Below are positions 37,566 through 46,727 of a stretch of DNA of 64,000 nt, piece after piece. The notes below the pieces were generated by a model, which was not told the DNA's origin, did not search any database, and was given only the letters and a program-made list of their open reading frames with translations. The translations under genes and the position numbers were made by a program. The stretch's first letter is position 1. The number at the start of each line of letters is the position of its first letter. Source of the stretch: Vampirovibrionaceae bacterium NZW_1234 (GTDB lineage Bacteria; Cyanobacteriota; Vampirovibrionia; Vampirovibrionales; JAGQHJ01); the NCBI GenBank assembly GCA_041697335.1, contig JBGUGD010000035.1, positions 96,001-160,000 of the forward strand, written 5' to 3'.

Positions 37566-39263
37566 CTAGCGTAGTAATTGCTCAATAAACTCTGAGGTCA
37601 CTTTGTCCTGGGTCGTATAGCCTGATGCTATCTGACTTAACACCGATGTTCTGGCCTCAGTGTCACTCAAAATCGTGGCCACAACCTCAACACGATCCTC
37701 ATGAAGCTGTTTTTTCAAATGGATATGATGGGGCGCTTTGGCAGCCACAATGGGTTGGTGGGTAACAACAATGATTTGACACCTGGATTGAAGCGCCTGC
37801 AATTTATCTGCAACCGCACGCAGCGTCACGCCACTCATCCCAGTATCAATTTCATCCAAAATCAAGCTGGTCAGGCCATCGGAGTGAGCTGTATGAATCT
37901 TCAGTGCCAGCATTAAGCGAGCCAACTCACCGCCACTGGCCACTTGCGACAACGGTCTCAACGGAGAACCCGGATTGGCAGAAAACATAAATGTCACCTG
38001 ATCCTGACCGGATTCACTTGGCGGACCAGCAGCCAAGTCTATCTGAAACTGTGCTGCCGGAAGCATTAATGAAGCCAATTCTTCCTGAATGGCCCCTTCC
38101 AAGGCCCTGGCAATGCGCTGGCGCATCTCGGTTAAGGCCGTACTCAATTCATAATAGCGATATTCCAACTGGACACGCTCTTCTTCCAGGTGCGTCATGC
38201 GTTGTTCCACAGCCTGCAAGGTATCTAATTGCACTTCCAATTCCGCTGCCGTTTTCAATATACCTTCTAACGTTCCCCCATATTTTCGCTTGAGCTTCTC
38301 CAGCAGATCCAAGCGATCCACAATCTCCTGAAGGCGCTCTGGCCGCATTTCTAGACTCTCAGCATAGCGAGACATCTCGTCAACCAAATCCCGAAGAGTC
38401 TCTTGAACCCCTTGCAAACGTTCATACCAGTCTGAAAGGGCGGTATCAATGGAAATACCAGAATTGAGTGCACGTTTGGCCTGATTCAGACCATCCAAAA
38501 CCGAGGTTGTCCCCTCTTGACCAATGTCATCGGATAAAGCGTATCGGGTCTGCAAGACAAGTCGGCACAGTTGCTCACTATTGGCCAAACGTTGGCGTTC
38601 AAGCTGTAACTGAGCATCCTCGTCAACCGAGGTAATCTCCGCCTGAGTAATCTCACTAATTTGGTAGTTCAAAAAATCGAGCTGACGCTCCCGCTCTTCC
38701 TGAAGCACTTTCGCTTCTTCCAATTCCTGGCAACGCTTTTGCCACAGTCGATAAGTCTGGCGCACCTCTTGCCGAAGGCTTTCCAATGGAGCGCCTCCCA
38801 AATTGTCCAGCAAGTCTCGCTGACGGGACGAGGAAAACAGATGATGCAGGTCATGTTGGCCATAAATTTCCAACAATAACGCCCCAAGTCGATCCATGAC
38901 TTCGTAAGGCACCGGATATCCGTTAATACGGCATCGACTGCTTGAAGAGGTAAACTCTCGCCCCAAAATCAACTCATGCTCATCCTCAAGAAGTTCTATC
39001 CCAGCATCATCCAAAATACGCATCAACCCGTCACGCTGATGGACATGGCGCAAATCAAAAGTCACTTCCACACGCCCTCGGGAAGCCCCATGGCGCAGTA
39101 GTTCTTTTGAACTGCTTTTCTTTTGAAAAATTCGCTGGATGGCATCAAGCATGACGCTCTTACCCGACCCGGTTTCGCCAGTAATGGCATTCAAACCCGG
39201 ACGGAAGACCAACTCCATGTCTTCAATAATGGCAATATTGTGTAAGACCAACCGGTATATCAT
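37566..39263 (-). CDS. recN: DNA repair protein RecN
   Basis: ITGETGSGKS, EIYGQHD, coiled coil, ASGGELARLMLALK, DEIDTG, VTHQP. Confidence 0.96.
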   Translation of the reverse strand: MIYRLVLHNIAIIEDMELVFRPGLNAITGETGSGKSVMLDAIQRIFQKKSSSKELLRHGASRGRVEVTFDLRHVHQRDGLMRILDDAGIELLEDEHELILGREFTSSSSRCRINGYPVPYEVMDRLGALLLEIYGQHDLHHLFSSSRQRDLLDNLGGAPLESLRQEVRQTYRLWQKRCQELEEAKVLQEERERQLDFLNYQISEITQAEITSVDEDAQLQLERQRLANSEQLCRLVLQTRYALSDDIGQEGTTSVLDGLNQAKRALNSGISIDTALSDWYERLQGVQETLRDLVDEMSRYAESLEMRPERLQEIVDRLDLLEKLKRKYGGTLEGILKTAAELEVQLDTLQAVEQRMTHLEEERVQLEYRYYELSTALTEMRQRIARALEGAIQEELASLMLPAAQFQIDLAAGPPSESGQDQVTFMFSANPGSPLRPLSQVASGGELARLMLALKIHTAHSDGLTSLILDEIDTGMSGVTLRAVADKLQALQSRCQIIVVTHQPIVAAKAPHHIHLKKQLHEDRVEVVATILSDTEARTSVLSQIASGYTTQDKVTSEFIEQLLR

Positions 39264-39447
39264 ACGCTTATTCTAGTACAGACTTGCCTGCTACGTCCCC
39301 TAGTATTTCAATTCGTGATATCGCTCACAATGACACACAGGGCCAAAGCCGCCAAAATGCTCTGTCTGACCGAATGGCATCGGTCCATAACCTGTGTTAC
39401 GATGTTGACGTTTACCATTGTTCAAGGCAACCAGGAGTTTTAGCAAG

Positions 39448-40353
39448 ATGAGTGATACAGCAGCACCTAGCCAACCCTCCCATGCCGTCGCCGAGATTCC
39501 CTTCAATCTCTATAAGCAAGCGGCACCCCTTACTGCTAAAGTTTTAGAAAACGTTCGACTGACCAAACCTGATTCACCCAATGAAGTGTGCCATCTTGTT
39601 TTTGATATCTCCGGCTCAGCATATCGTTATCTTGATGGTCAAAGTGCAGGGATCCTTCCTCCAGGAACCGATGCAACGGGTAAAGCACATAAATTACGGC
39701 TTTACTCCATTGCGTCTCCTTCTCGAGGAGACGATGGTGAAGGCAAAACCTTCAGTCTATGTGTCAAGCGCTTGGTTTACACCGATCCGGAAACAGGTGA
39801 AGAGCGTCGAGGCGTCTGCTCAAACTACATCTGCGATTTAAAACCGGGTGATGAAGTGCAGGTAACAGGCCCCACCGGAAAATCCTTTCTCCTGCCTACA
39901 ACACCCAACTGTAATCTCATTATGATTGCTACGGGCACAGGAATTGCACCCTTTCGGGCCTTCTTAAAAACCCGATATGAAGATCGAGCCCATGAAACGG
40001 GTCAATCCTGGCTTTTCTTTGGCGCTCAATACCGCTCTGACTACCTGTACGAAGAGGAATTACAGGAGTTTACCCAACATGATTCCTTCCATTTGGTGAC
40101 CGCATTCAGCCGGGAAGAAAAAAATGCGGAAGGCCAACGCATGTACGTCCAACACCGCCTCTATGAACACAGAGAAACCTTGCTAGAATTGCTTCAACAG
40201 CCCAATACCTATCTCTATATCTGCGGCCTTCGTGGCATGGAACCCGGCATTCTAGAAGCGCTCCAGCAAGCGGCTGCCGATAAGGGTATTAGTTGGGATG
40301 ACCTTTTAGCTCGACTCAACGCTGAAAAACGCTGGCACGTCGAAGTCTACTAA
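39448..40353 (+). CDS. petH: Plant-type ferredoxin-NADP+ reductase (short form, no CpcD domain)
   Basis: RLYSIAS, GVCSNY, ATGTGIAPFR, SRE, MYVQ, CGLRGM, C-terminal WHVEVY. Confidence 0.9.
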   Translation: MSDTAAPSQPSHAVAEIPFNLYKQAAPLTAKVLENVRLTKPDSPNEVCHLVFDISGSAYRYLDGQSAGILPPGTDATGKAHKLRLYSIASPSRGDDGEGKTFSLCVKRLVYTDPETGEERRGVCSNYICDLKPGDEVQVTGPTGKSFLLPTTPNCNLIMIATGTGIAPFRAFLKTRYEDRAHETGQSWLFFGAQYRSDYLYEEELQEFTQHDSFHLVTAFSREEKNAEGQRMYVQHRLYEHRETLLELLQQPNTYLYICGLRGMEPGILEALQQAAADKGISWDDLLARLNAEKRWHVEVY

Positions 40354-40396
40354 CGTCTTTTCTGGTTTCAGCTAACCTATATTTGACGTTTTCAAG

Positions 40397-40431
40397 ACAA
40401 GCGGAATGCACAAATTGCGCATTCCGCTTGT
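40397..40431. terminator. Hairpin between convergent genes
   Basis: 13-bp perfect inverted repeat ACAAGCGGAATGC / GCATTCCGCTTGT. Confidence 0.65.
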
Positions 40432-40518
40432 TCTAAATGGAAGAAGCGAATGGCGTAATCGGCTCGTGAGGGTACTGATGCCGGTTGCTCACCAACAGAC
40501 AAATATACCCAAGAAAAC

Positions 40519-41037
40519 TTACTGATTGGACTCCATGTCGCCGCCAAAGCGTTTTTTAAAGTCTGAGGGTTTCAAATCTTGAATAAACTCACGGAAAGCT
40601 TCTGCTTCTGCTTCATCTCTCGCTTGGTCTGTCGAGATCGTACCATCAGCAACGACATTGGCTGTGGCAAAAATCGTCGCGTTGGCTCGCAAGGCGATTG
40701 CAATAGCATCAGAAGGCCGTGAATCAACGGTATGCTTATTTCCAGCAGAATCTTCCAACAAAATACTGGCGTAGTAGGTATCGGAATTCAGATCGTTAAT
40801 TTCAATGCGGTCCACTTTATAACCCAGTTGCGTCAGCATGTTAAACATCAGATCATGCGTCATCGGGCGCGCAGACTTAATGTTTTCCAACTGGCGAATG
40901 ATTGCGCTGGCTTCGGCAGTGCCAATCCAAATGGGCAGGGCACGCCGGTTTTCAGCATCATTTAAAACCACAATGGGTGTCCCCGTGCGCGTGTCGAGCG
41001 CAATCCCCATTACAAACAATTCAATCATCATGGACAT
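40519..41037 (-). CDS. Bifunctional nuclease family (DUF151)
   Basis: LPIWIGTAEA, RPMTHDL, DSRPSDAIAIALR. Confidence 0.93.
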   Translation of the reverse strand: MSMMIELFVMGIALDTRTGTPIVVLNDAENRRALPIWIGTAEASAIIRQLENIKSARPMTHDLMFNMLTQLGYKVDRIEINDLNSDTYYASILLEDSAGNKHTVDSRPSDAIAIALRANATIFATANVVADGTISTDQARDEAEAEAFREFIQDLKPSDFKKRFGGDMESNQ

Positions 41038-41143
41038 TGGTGGACCTTACCCGAATAAACCAACACAATAAGAATAAAGTTTATTATAGCTTATACGTTA
41101 CCGGATCTGAAGGGCTTTTCATTCACCAGGAGGAGTAAGTTCC

Positions 41144-42256
41144 CTAGTGAGCAGGGGAAGGCTTGTCTAACGGACCCAAACGGCTGTCCAGGGGAAAGAA
41201 GCGAAAAACCGCACGGCCGATAACTCTTTCTGCCGGTAAAAATTGCCAATAGCGACTATCCGCACTGTGATTTCGATTATCCCCCATCATGTAGTACATA
41301 TTCTCAGGAACGCGAACAGGACCACAGTAACTGACAAAGGTACACGTATTTGCCACTTCGGCAATATAAGGCTCCGTGAGTTTTTTACCGTTAATATAGA
41401 CCCCATCCGCTGGACGCACTTCAACAATATCCCCAGGCAGTGCAATTAGACGTTTGATATACGCTGTATCAATATTGCTTTCCTTGTCGTACAGTATGCC
41501 TGAAAAGCCCGTTAAACGCAGAAACACACTCCAGGGGTCATGACGCAAGATAGCCTGCGGTGGGTAGAAAACCAAAATATCGCCCCGCTTCGGACTGCGA
41601 GACCAGTGGCTCAGCTTTTCAACGACAATGCGATCCCCGACCTGCAAGGTAGGTACCATGGATTCAGAGGGGATCAACCGTAATTCGCCAAGCCCTTGCT
41701 TAATGACAATAAGTAAAACAATAACGACAACAACCACTTCAACGATTTCACGCAAACAATAAAGTACAATGCGCAAGACGCTGCCCGCTTCTACAGTGGA
41801 ACGGGCATCCATAATCCGAGTCTCGGTTAAAGCAGACTTTTTCATGACGGCTGATACTAAGGGGTCCTGGGAGTTCAGCAAGGCCAAAAGCAGATGTTCA
41901 ACGCCCACAGTAACTTTCCTATCTGACTGACTATGGGTATCACTTTTGGCTAAATTTTCAGCCATTTTTACCGCCTGCCCCTCATCTGCTGGTGCAGGAA
42001 AGCGCTTCAATTCTTCCTGAAAAACCTTTTTGAGAGATGATGGCGGAGCGCCCGCCTGACGTAACAAAGCATCCGCAGGAGTAAACAAGCGGGTCATCTG
42101 AAGCAAACCCAGTAAATAATGCCGATCCTGCACAATACCGGAAGGCGACTTACGCGCAAGCTTTCGAGCCAGGTGGGTAATGTCGCGAACCTCTTCGCTA
42201 TGCTGGACTTGAACGTCCTGGGGAACGGAATCAGACATGGATAGGGTAGTCGTCAT
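41144..42256 (-). CDS. lepB: Signal peptidase I with N-terminal Clp N-domain repeats
   Basis: IPSESMVPTL..GDR, YIKRLIALPGD, MGDNRNHSADSR; N-terminal HYLLGLL and EHLLLALL repeats. Confidence 0.9.
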   Translation of the reverse strand: MTTTLSMSDSVPQDVQVQHSEEVRDITHLARKLARKSPSGIVQDRHYLLGLLQMTRLFTPADALLRQAGAPPSSLKKVFQEELKRFPAPADEGQAVKMAENLAKSDTHSQSDRKVTVGVEHLLLALLNSQDPLVSAVMKKSALTETRIMDARSTVEAGSVLRIVLYCLREIVEVVVVVIVLLIVIKQGLGELRLIPSESMVPTLQVGDRIVVEKLSHWSRSPKRGDILVFYPPQAILRHDPWSVFLRLTGFSGILYDKESNIDTAYIKRLIALPGDIVEVRPADGVYINGKKLTEPYIAEVANTCTFVSYCGPVRVPENMYYMMGDNRNHSADSRYWQFLPAERVIGRAVFRFFPLDSRLGPLDKPSPAH

Positions 42257-42274
42257 GCACTCAAACGGGTTTGT

Positions 42275-43774
42275 TTATTGTACCAACTCCACATGATTAT
42301 GTCCTTTCTCACGGGCGTGTTCAACCGCTTTTTGTGCTTCAGCCAGAAACACAGTCCCATTCTCAATTGTATCGTTGTAACCGGCGATCCCCACGCTCAA
42401 GGACACAGTTACTTTATTATCACCAACAACTAGAGGTGATTCACTCAAGGCTTCCTGAATTCGTTGGATCGGAACCATTGCTGCCTCAGGCGTTGTCTGA
42501 GGAAAAAGGCATAAAATGCTTCTGCCACCAGAGCGCCCCAACACATCAATACTCCGGACACTTTTCAGTACAACTTCAGCAACCGTCTTTAATGCGGCAT
42601 CTCCTAAAGCATGTCCCCATTGCGTATTCATGGCCTTTAAATCGTCGAGGCTTATGATTGCCAATGTCAAAGGTGTCTTATGTCGCTTTGAATGACGAAC
42701 TTCTCGCTCCAAATAAGCCGAAAAATTCTGATAATTATATAATCCGGTAAGCGCATCGGTCAGGGACAATACCTGAGCCTCGGTGTAGTAATAGCGAAGG
42801 CGCATCAAAACACTCAATTGCTGAAGTACCGTGTCAAATGGGAAGATAATTTCGTAGTTAATGTCCTTTCGGTTATAAAAGGCCAACGTGCCTACCAATT
42901 TGTTTTCAATATAGAACGGGTATACACAGGTGTGCTTGATAGATACAGGCTTTTGAGACTCTGGTGTGCCCGTTGTACCCGAAACAACTTCATGACGGAT
43001 AGTGTCAAAAAGCCAAGGCTCCTGATTTTGTTCTCGATAGGGCGTCAACATCTCTTCAGCCCACGCTTTGAACTGATCATCCTGGATACAATAGGCCCCT
43101 GGGCTATGGAACATTACAAAACGGGGTTCACGGTTCTTGTCGTTAAAGAACACGGCTGCAATATCATAATCCATCACGGTCTCGAGGATGCTAAACAGCA
43201 TATGATACATGACGTTTCGCTTTGAAACCAGCTCGAAGAGGCGATGGAAGGATTTCATCAGGGACATTTCCGTAATCGACTGATCCAGTAGTTGGACCAA
43301 TCGTGAGGTCGCTTCGGTTCGGACAGCCCCTTGCTGCAACAGGCGCACCTGAGCCCGCTCGTCCTTATCCAAGCCTTGAAACAAGTTCAACACCATTTGC
43401 AACTGATTCGAAAACTCCTGCGTAATATGCTGTTCTTCGATAAACACATCTGCAACCAAAGCCAGCTCATTAAACCGCTGATAGTCAGGGGCAGCATCCT
43501 TGGTAATAAGAATAATGGGAAGCTTTCGCAATGCCGGATCGTGCTTTAAAATACGGCATACATGCATACCGCTGATGTCGGCCAAAGTACTATCCACAAC
43601 AATAACAGCTGGAGGCGAGTCATAAACCTGCTTTAACCCTTCAACCCCGGACGAAATCACGTTCAGAGCCAGATGTTGAAAGGCTGATGACATAATGACA
43701 CGTATTTTTTTAGCCAGACTCGCCTGAGCACTGATCAAGAGAATAGTATTTTCAGGGTGGGAAGACAAATCCAA
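42275..43774 (-). CDS. Receiver-like + GAF-like + degenerate GGDEF protein
   Basis: N-terminal REC fold; TDALTGLYN, DDLKAMNTQWGHALGD, RSIDVLGRSGGRSI, SLSVGIA. Confidence 0.88.
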   Translation of the reverse strand: MDLSSHPENTILLISAQASLAKKIRVIMSSAFQHLALNVISSGVEGLKQVYDSPPAVIVVDSTLADISGMHVCRILKHDPALRKLPIILITKDAAPDYQRFNELALVADVFIEEQHITQEFSNQLQMVLNLFQGLDKDERAQVRLLQQGAVRTEATSRLVQLLDQSITEMSLMKSFHRLFELVSKRNVMYHMLFSILETVMDYDIAAVFFNDKNREPRFVMFHSPGAYCIQDDQFKAWAEEMLTPYREQNQEPWLFDTIRHEVVSGTTGTPESQKPVSIKHTCVYPFYIENKLVGTLAFYNRKDINYEIIFPFDTVLQQLSVLMRLRYYYTEAQVLSLTDALTGLYNYQNFSAYLEREVRHSKRHKTPLTLAIISLDDLKAMNTQWGHALGDAALKTVAEVVLKSVRSIDVLGRSGGRSILCLFPQTTPEAAMVPIQRIQEALSESPLVVGDNKVTVSLSVGIAGYNDTIENGTVFLAEAQKAVEHAREKGHNHVELVQ

Positions 43775-43840
43775 CAGAACACTCTCTCTCTGGCAACATC
43801 GTAAACGCGTTCACCCATTATAATAGATATACTGCCTTTC

Positions 43841-43976
43841 GGATGGGAGAGCTCGTGTTTCTCCTGCAAATACCGGAGACGTTGGAGCGGTTATCTAAGC
43901 CGACCGCTGACTCCGTTGTATGGCTGAGCTCGCATTCTGCCTCATGCATGGCTCAACTTTTGTCTCTCCCCGTCGA
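43841..43976 (+). ncRNA. Candidate structured RNA / leader of unknown family
   Basis: Several complementary segments (GGGAGAG/CTCTCCC, GAGCTC x2, CGGAG/CTCCG, AGCGGTT/GACCGCT); -10-like TATAAT (43819) and TATACT (43828) upstream. Confidence 0.4.
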
Positions 43977-43979
43977 TAC
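43953..43979 (+). promoter_or_regulatory. Sigma-28-like promoter candidate for the HD-GYP gene
   Basis: TCAA-N15-GTCGATAC, 30 bp before ATG 44010. Confidence 0.5.
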
Positions 43980-44009
43980 CGATTTCAGGAGTTATAGCCA
44001 CATCAGCTT

Positions 44010-46640
44010 ATGAACATTTCTTCTCTCAGCACATCCGATTCCTCCATTCAACCCGGAGACTGGCAACAGAGCAGCACCTCTCAGGCAGCCTTACATGCCT
44101 TGCAGAAAGGGCTGGTCCTGCGCTTTAAAAAAGAAATCCCGCAAGCCATTGAAGTCATTGAAAAAGCCCACCGGCTATTCCTCCAAGACAAGAACTCTAT
44201 GGGCATTACCATGTGTAACATTGAGCTGGGATGGCTCTTTGGTAACGCACAGGAGAGAGCCAGCAGTGAGAAAATGTTTCGGGATGCAGAAACGCTGATT
44301 GAAACTTACAGCGATATGGTGGGCATGAACGAAGCCCGGGCCCGCTTGCTCCATTACAAAGGCTTATTACAATACCAGACAGAATCCTATGGCGCAGCTA
44401 TTCGCTATTTCAAGCAAGCACTCACATTTTGCGATCCTCAAGGGTTGGAAGCCGCCAAAATATACGATAGCTTAGGGGTGCATTATGAACGAATCGGGGA
44501 TTTTCACCGGGCGGTTCGCTATTTAAACTCCGCCCTGCTAATTAAGACCCGCTTGAAAGAACCCATCCATGAAGAAGCAGTCACCTGCCAAATCTTAGGG
44601 CGTCTGTACCTGTTGTACGAGGACTATGAGTTGGCCTATCAACACATTCAGCGCTCACTAGACATTTGTGCCAAGCTAAAAGACGAAAAACGAAAGGCTT
44701 CACTAAAAAACGAGCTGATTCGCCTCTTTCTTCGCTGTGGAAAAGAGCCAGATGCCTTAAACCTGATTCAAGAGTCCAAACGAGAATGTCTCCACCGACA
44801 TCTGAAAATTCAGTACAGCATGACTTGTTTTTATGAAGTCTATTTACTGTTTCGAAACCAAAAACTGGCTGAAGCAGAAGAATTGCTTCACCGAGAAGTC
44901 TTGCCACCCTTTGAAAAATTCCGCTATAAGAAAGGCTTGGCCTTTTCCAAACGCCTTCAGGCCTGGATAGAATTTGCTCACACGCCTCAGCAAACGGCTC
45001 GTCCCGTCGCCCTTATCAGCGAAGCCATTGAGCTGTTTCGACTGGAGCATATGATTGATGAAGTGGCTAAATCCCACTTTGAATTGGGCAAGCTTTATCG
45101 AGAACTCAACAACGAGAAACTAGCTCTGACAAGCTATCTGGATGCACTGAAGATGGCAGAAGAGAACGGGCTTTTTTACCTCATGCCCTATATTGAAGAC
45201 GAATTGTTCCGTACAAACGAACAATACTGGGAAGATATTGTCAACAAGCGGACTAAACACGAACGAGTCTTTGAGAAACGGCATTCCTTACTGGAAGCAT
45301 TAACCGAACTGATGCAGAATCACAAGGAAGGCACCTTGGAGACAACGGCATCTGAGCATATGTCAGGCCATGGTATTCCATTTTTAGTGTCTTTGTTAAA
45401 AGTTGGCCAAGCCATGGCAGCCGAGAGTGATTTGGATAAGCTGCTTCAGCTCATCAAGGAAGAAACTGAAACGGCCTTAAATGCAGATCGCTGCACCGTA
45501 TTTCTCTACGACCGCAGTACCAACGAACTCTGGTCTCGAGCCGCTTCGGGCCTTGAGAAAACAGCCGAGATCCGGTTTCCGGCAGAACAAGGGCTTGCTG
45601 GATATGTGGTTAAAACCGGTGAAATCCTGAACATCCAGAATGCGTATGAAGACCCCCGGTTTAATCCTGAGGTGGACAGACAAACAGGCTATAAAACCAA
45701 TAATGTCCTATGTATCCCGATGCGAAACCGTAATGGCGACATTATGGGGGTGTTTCAAGTCCTCAATAAGAAAGACAGCATTTTTACCCACCACGACGAA
45801 GAGCTGATGACCGCCATTGCGTCCAGTGCAGGTATTGCTCTAGAAAACGCCCAGCTATATCGAGAACTTAAAGTCACCTTTGAGAGCTTTATTAAAACAC
45901 TCTCCACCACCATTGACGCCCGGGATCCCATTACAGCAGGCCACTCCGAACGCGTCATGGAGTATGCCCTGATGATCGGGGAAAAGATGCACTTGTCCGA
46001 TGAAGAAATGGAAGCCCTCAAATACGCCGCCCTCTTGCATGATATTGGCAAGATTGGGGTCAAAGAGGAAGTCCTGATCAAGGAAGGACGCCTTACTGAA
46101 AATGAGTACCGGCATATTCAAGAGCATGTGCGCTATACCCACGATATTTTGAGGAACATCCGATTCGAGCATCATTTATCGTGCGTCCCCGATATTGCTG
46201 CATCACACCATGAGAAATTAGACGGAACAGGCTATTTTCGAGGCCTTAAAGGTGATGCAATCCCACTGGGAGGACGCATTCTTGCTGTAGCCGATGTCTT
46301 TGACGCCATTACCTCCAAGCGCCAATACCGCACTCGAATGCCCTTTGATCGGGTGATGAAAATCCTGCGGGAAGAGTCCGAAAAACACTTTGATGGCGAT
46401 GTGGTGGATACCTTCCTGGAGGTCAGCCTGAAAGATCTGGCGCGGGTTTTGTGTATGGATCATCGTCAACCCGTTGAAATGGAAGATATCGAGCGTGTGA
46501 TGGTTCACATTCCCAATAGCGTCACCATTCGCGATTACCTTGAAATTATGGCCAAAGACATGCCCACCCGGGAAGAAGGCCAAGTGCATTATTACTTCAA
46601 CCAGCTCTACAACTTCAGCGAGATTTCCGACCTCGATTAA
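44010..46640 (+). CDS. TPR + GAF + HD-GYP cyclic dinucleotide phosphodiesterase
   Basis: N-terminal TPRs; GAF (ADRCTVFL, DPRFNPEVD..TGYKT, QVLNK); TAGHSERV, LLHDIGKIG, HHEKLDGTGYF, ADVFDA. Confidence 0.92.
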   Translation: MNISSLSTSDSSIQPGDWQQSSTSQAALHALQKGLVLRFKKEIPQAIEVIEKAHRLFLQDKNSMGITMCNIELGWLFGNAQERASSEKMFRDAETLIETYSDMVGMNEARARLLHYKGLLQYQTESYGAAIRYFKQALTFCDPQGLEAAKIYDSLGVHYERIGDFHRAVRYLNSALLIKTRLKEPIHEEAVTCQILGRLYLLYEDYELAYQHIQRSLDICAKLKDEKRKASLKNELIRLFLRCGKEPDALNLIQESKRECLHRHLKIQYSMTCFYEVYLLFRNQKLAEAEELLHREVLPPFEKFRYKKGLAFSKRLQAWIEFAHTPQQTARPVALISEAIELFRLEHMIDEVAKSHFELGKLYRELNNEKLALTSYLDALKMAEENGLFYLMPYIEDELFRTNEQYWEDIVNKRTKHERVFEKRHSLLEALTELMQNHKEGTLETTASEHMSGHGIPFLVSLLKVGQAMAAESDLDKLLQLIKEETETALNADRCTVFLYDRSTNELWSRAASGLEKTAEIRFPAEQGLAGYVVKTGEILNIQNAYEDPRFNPEVDRQTGYKTNNVLCIPMRNRNGDIMGVFQVLNKKDSIFTHHDEELMTAIASSAGIALENAQLYRELKVTFESFIKTLSTTIDARDPITAGHSERVMEYALMIGEKMHLSDEEMEALKYAALLHDIGKIGVKEEVLIKEGRLTENEYRHIQEHVRYTHDILRNIRFEHHLSCVPDIAASHHEKLDGTGYFRGLKGDAIPLGGRILAVADVFDAITSKRQYRTRMPFDRVMKILREESEKHFDGDVVDTFLEVSLKDLARVLCMDHRQPVEMEDIERVMVHIPNSVTIRDYLEIMAKDMPTREEGQVHYYFNQLYNFSEISDLD

Positions 46641-46727
46641 GTCCAAAGTGCATCGGACATATCCAGGAAGGCATCTCCCCCTGAACGTGTTGCAACTGTA
46701 ACAGCGATGGTGTAGGCTGAAAGAGCT

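Noticed and set aside
41067..41094. dif-like ATAA-N6-TTAT arrangement (AATAAGAATAA-AGTTTA-TTATAGCTTAT)
   Set aside because: The XerD arm deviates strongly from TTATGTTAAAT, and the site overlaps the probable promoter of the DUF151 gene.
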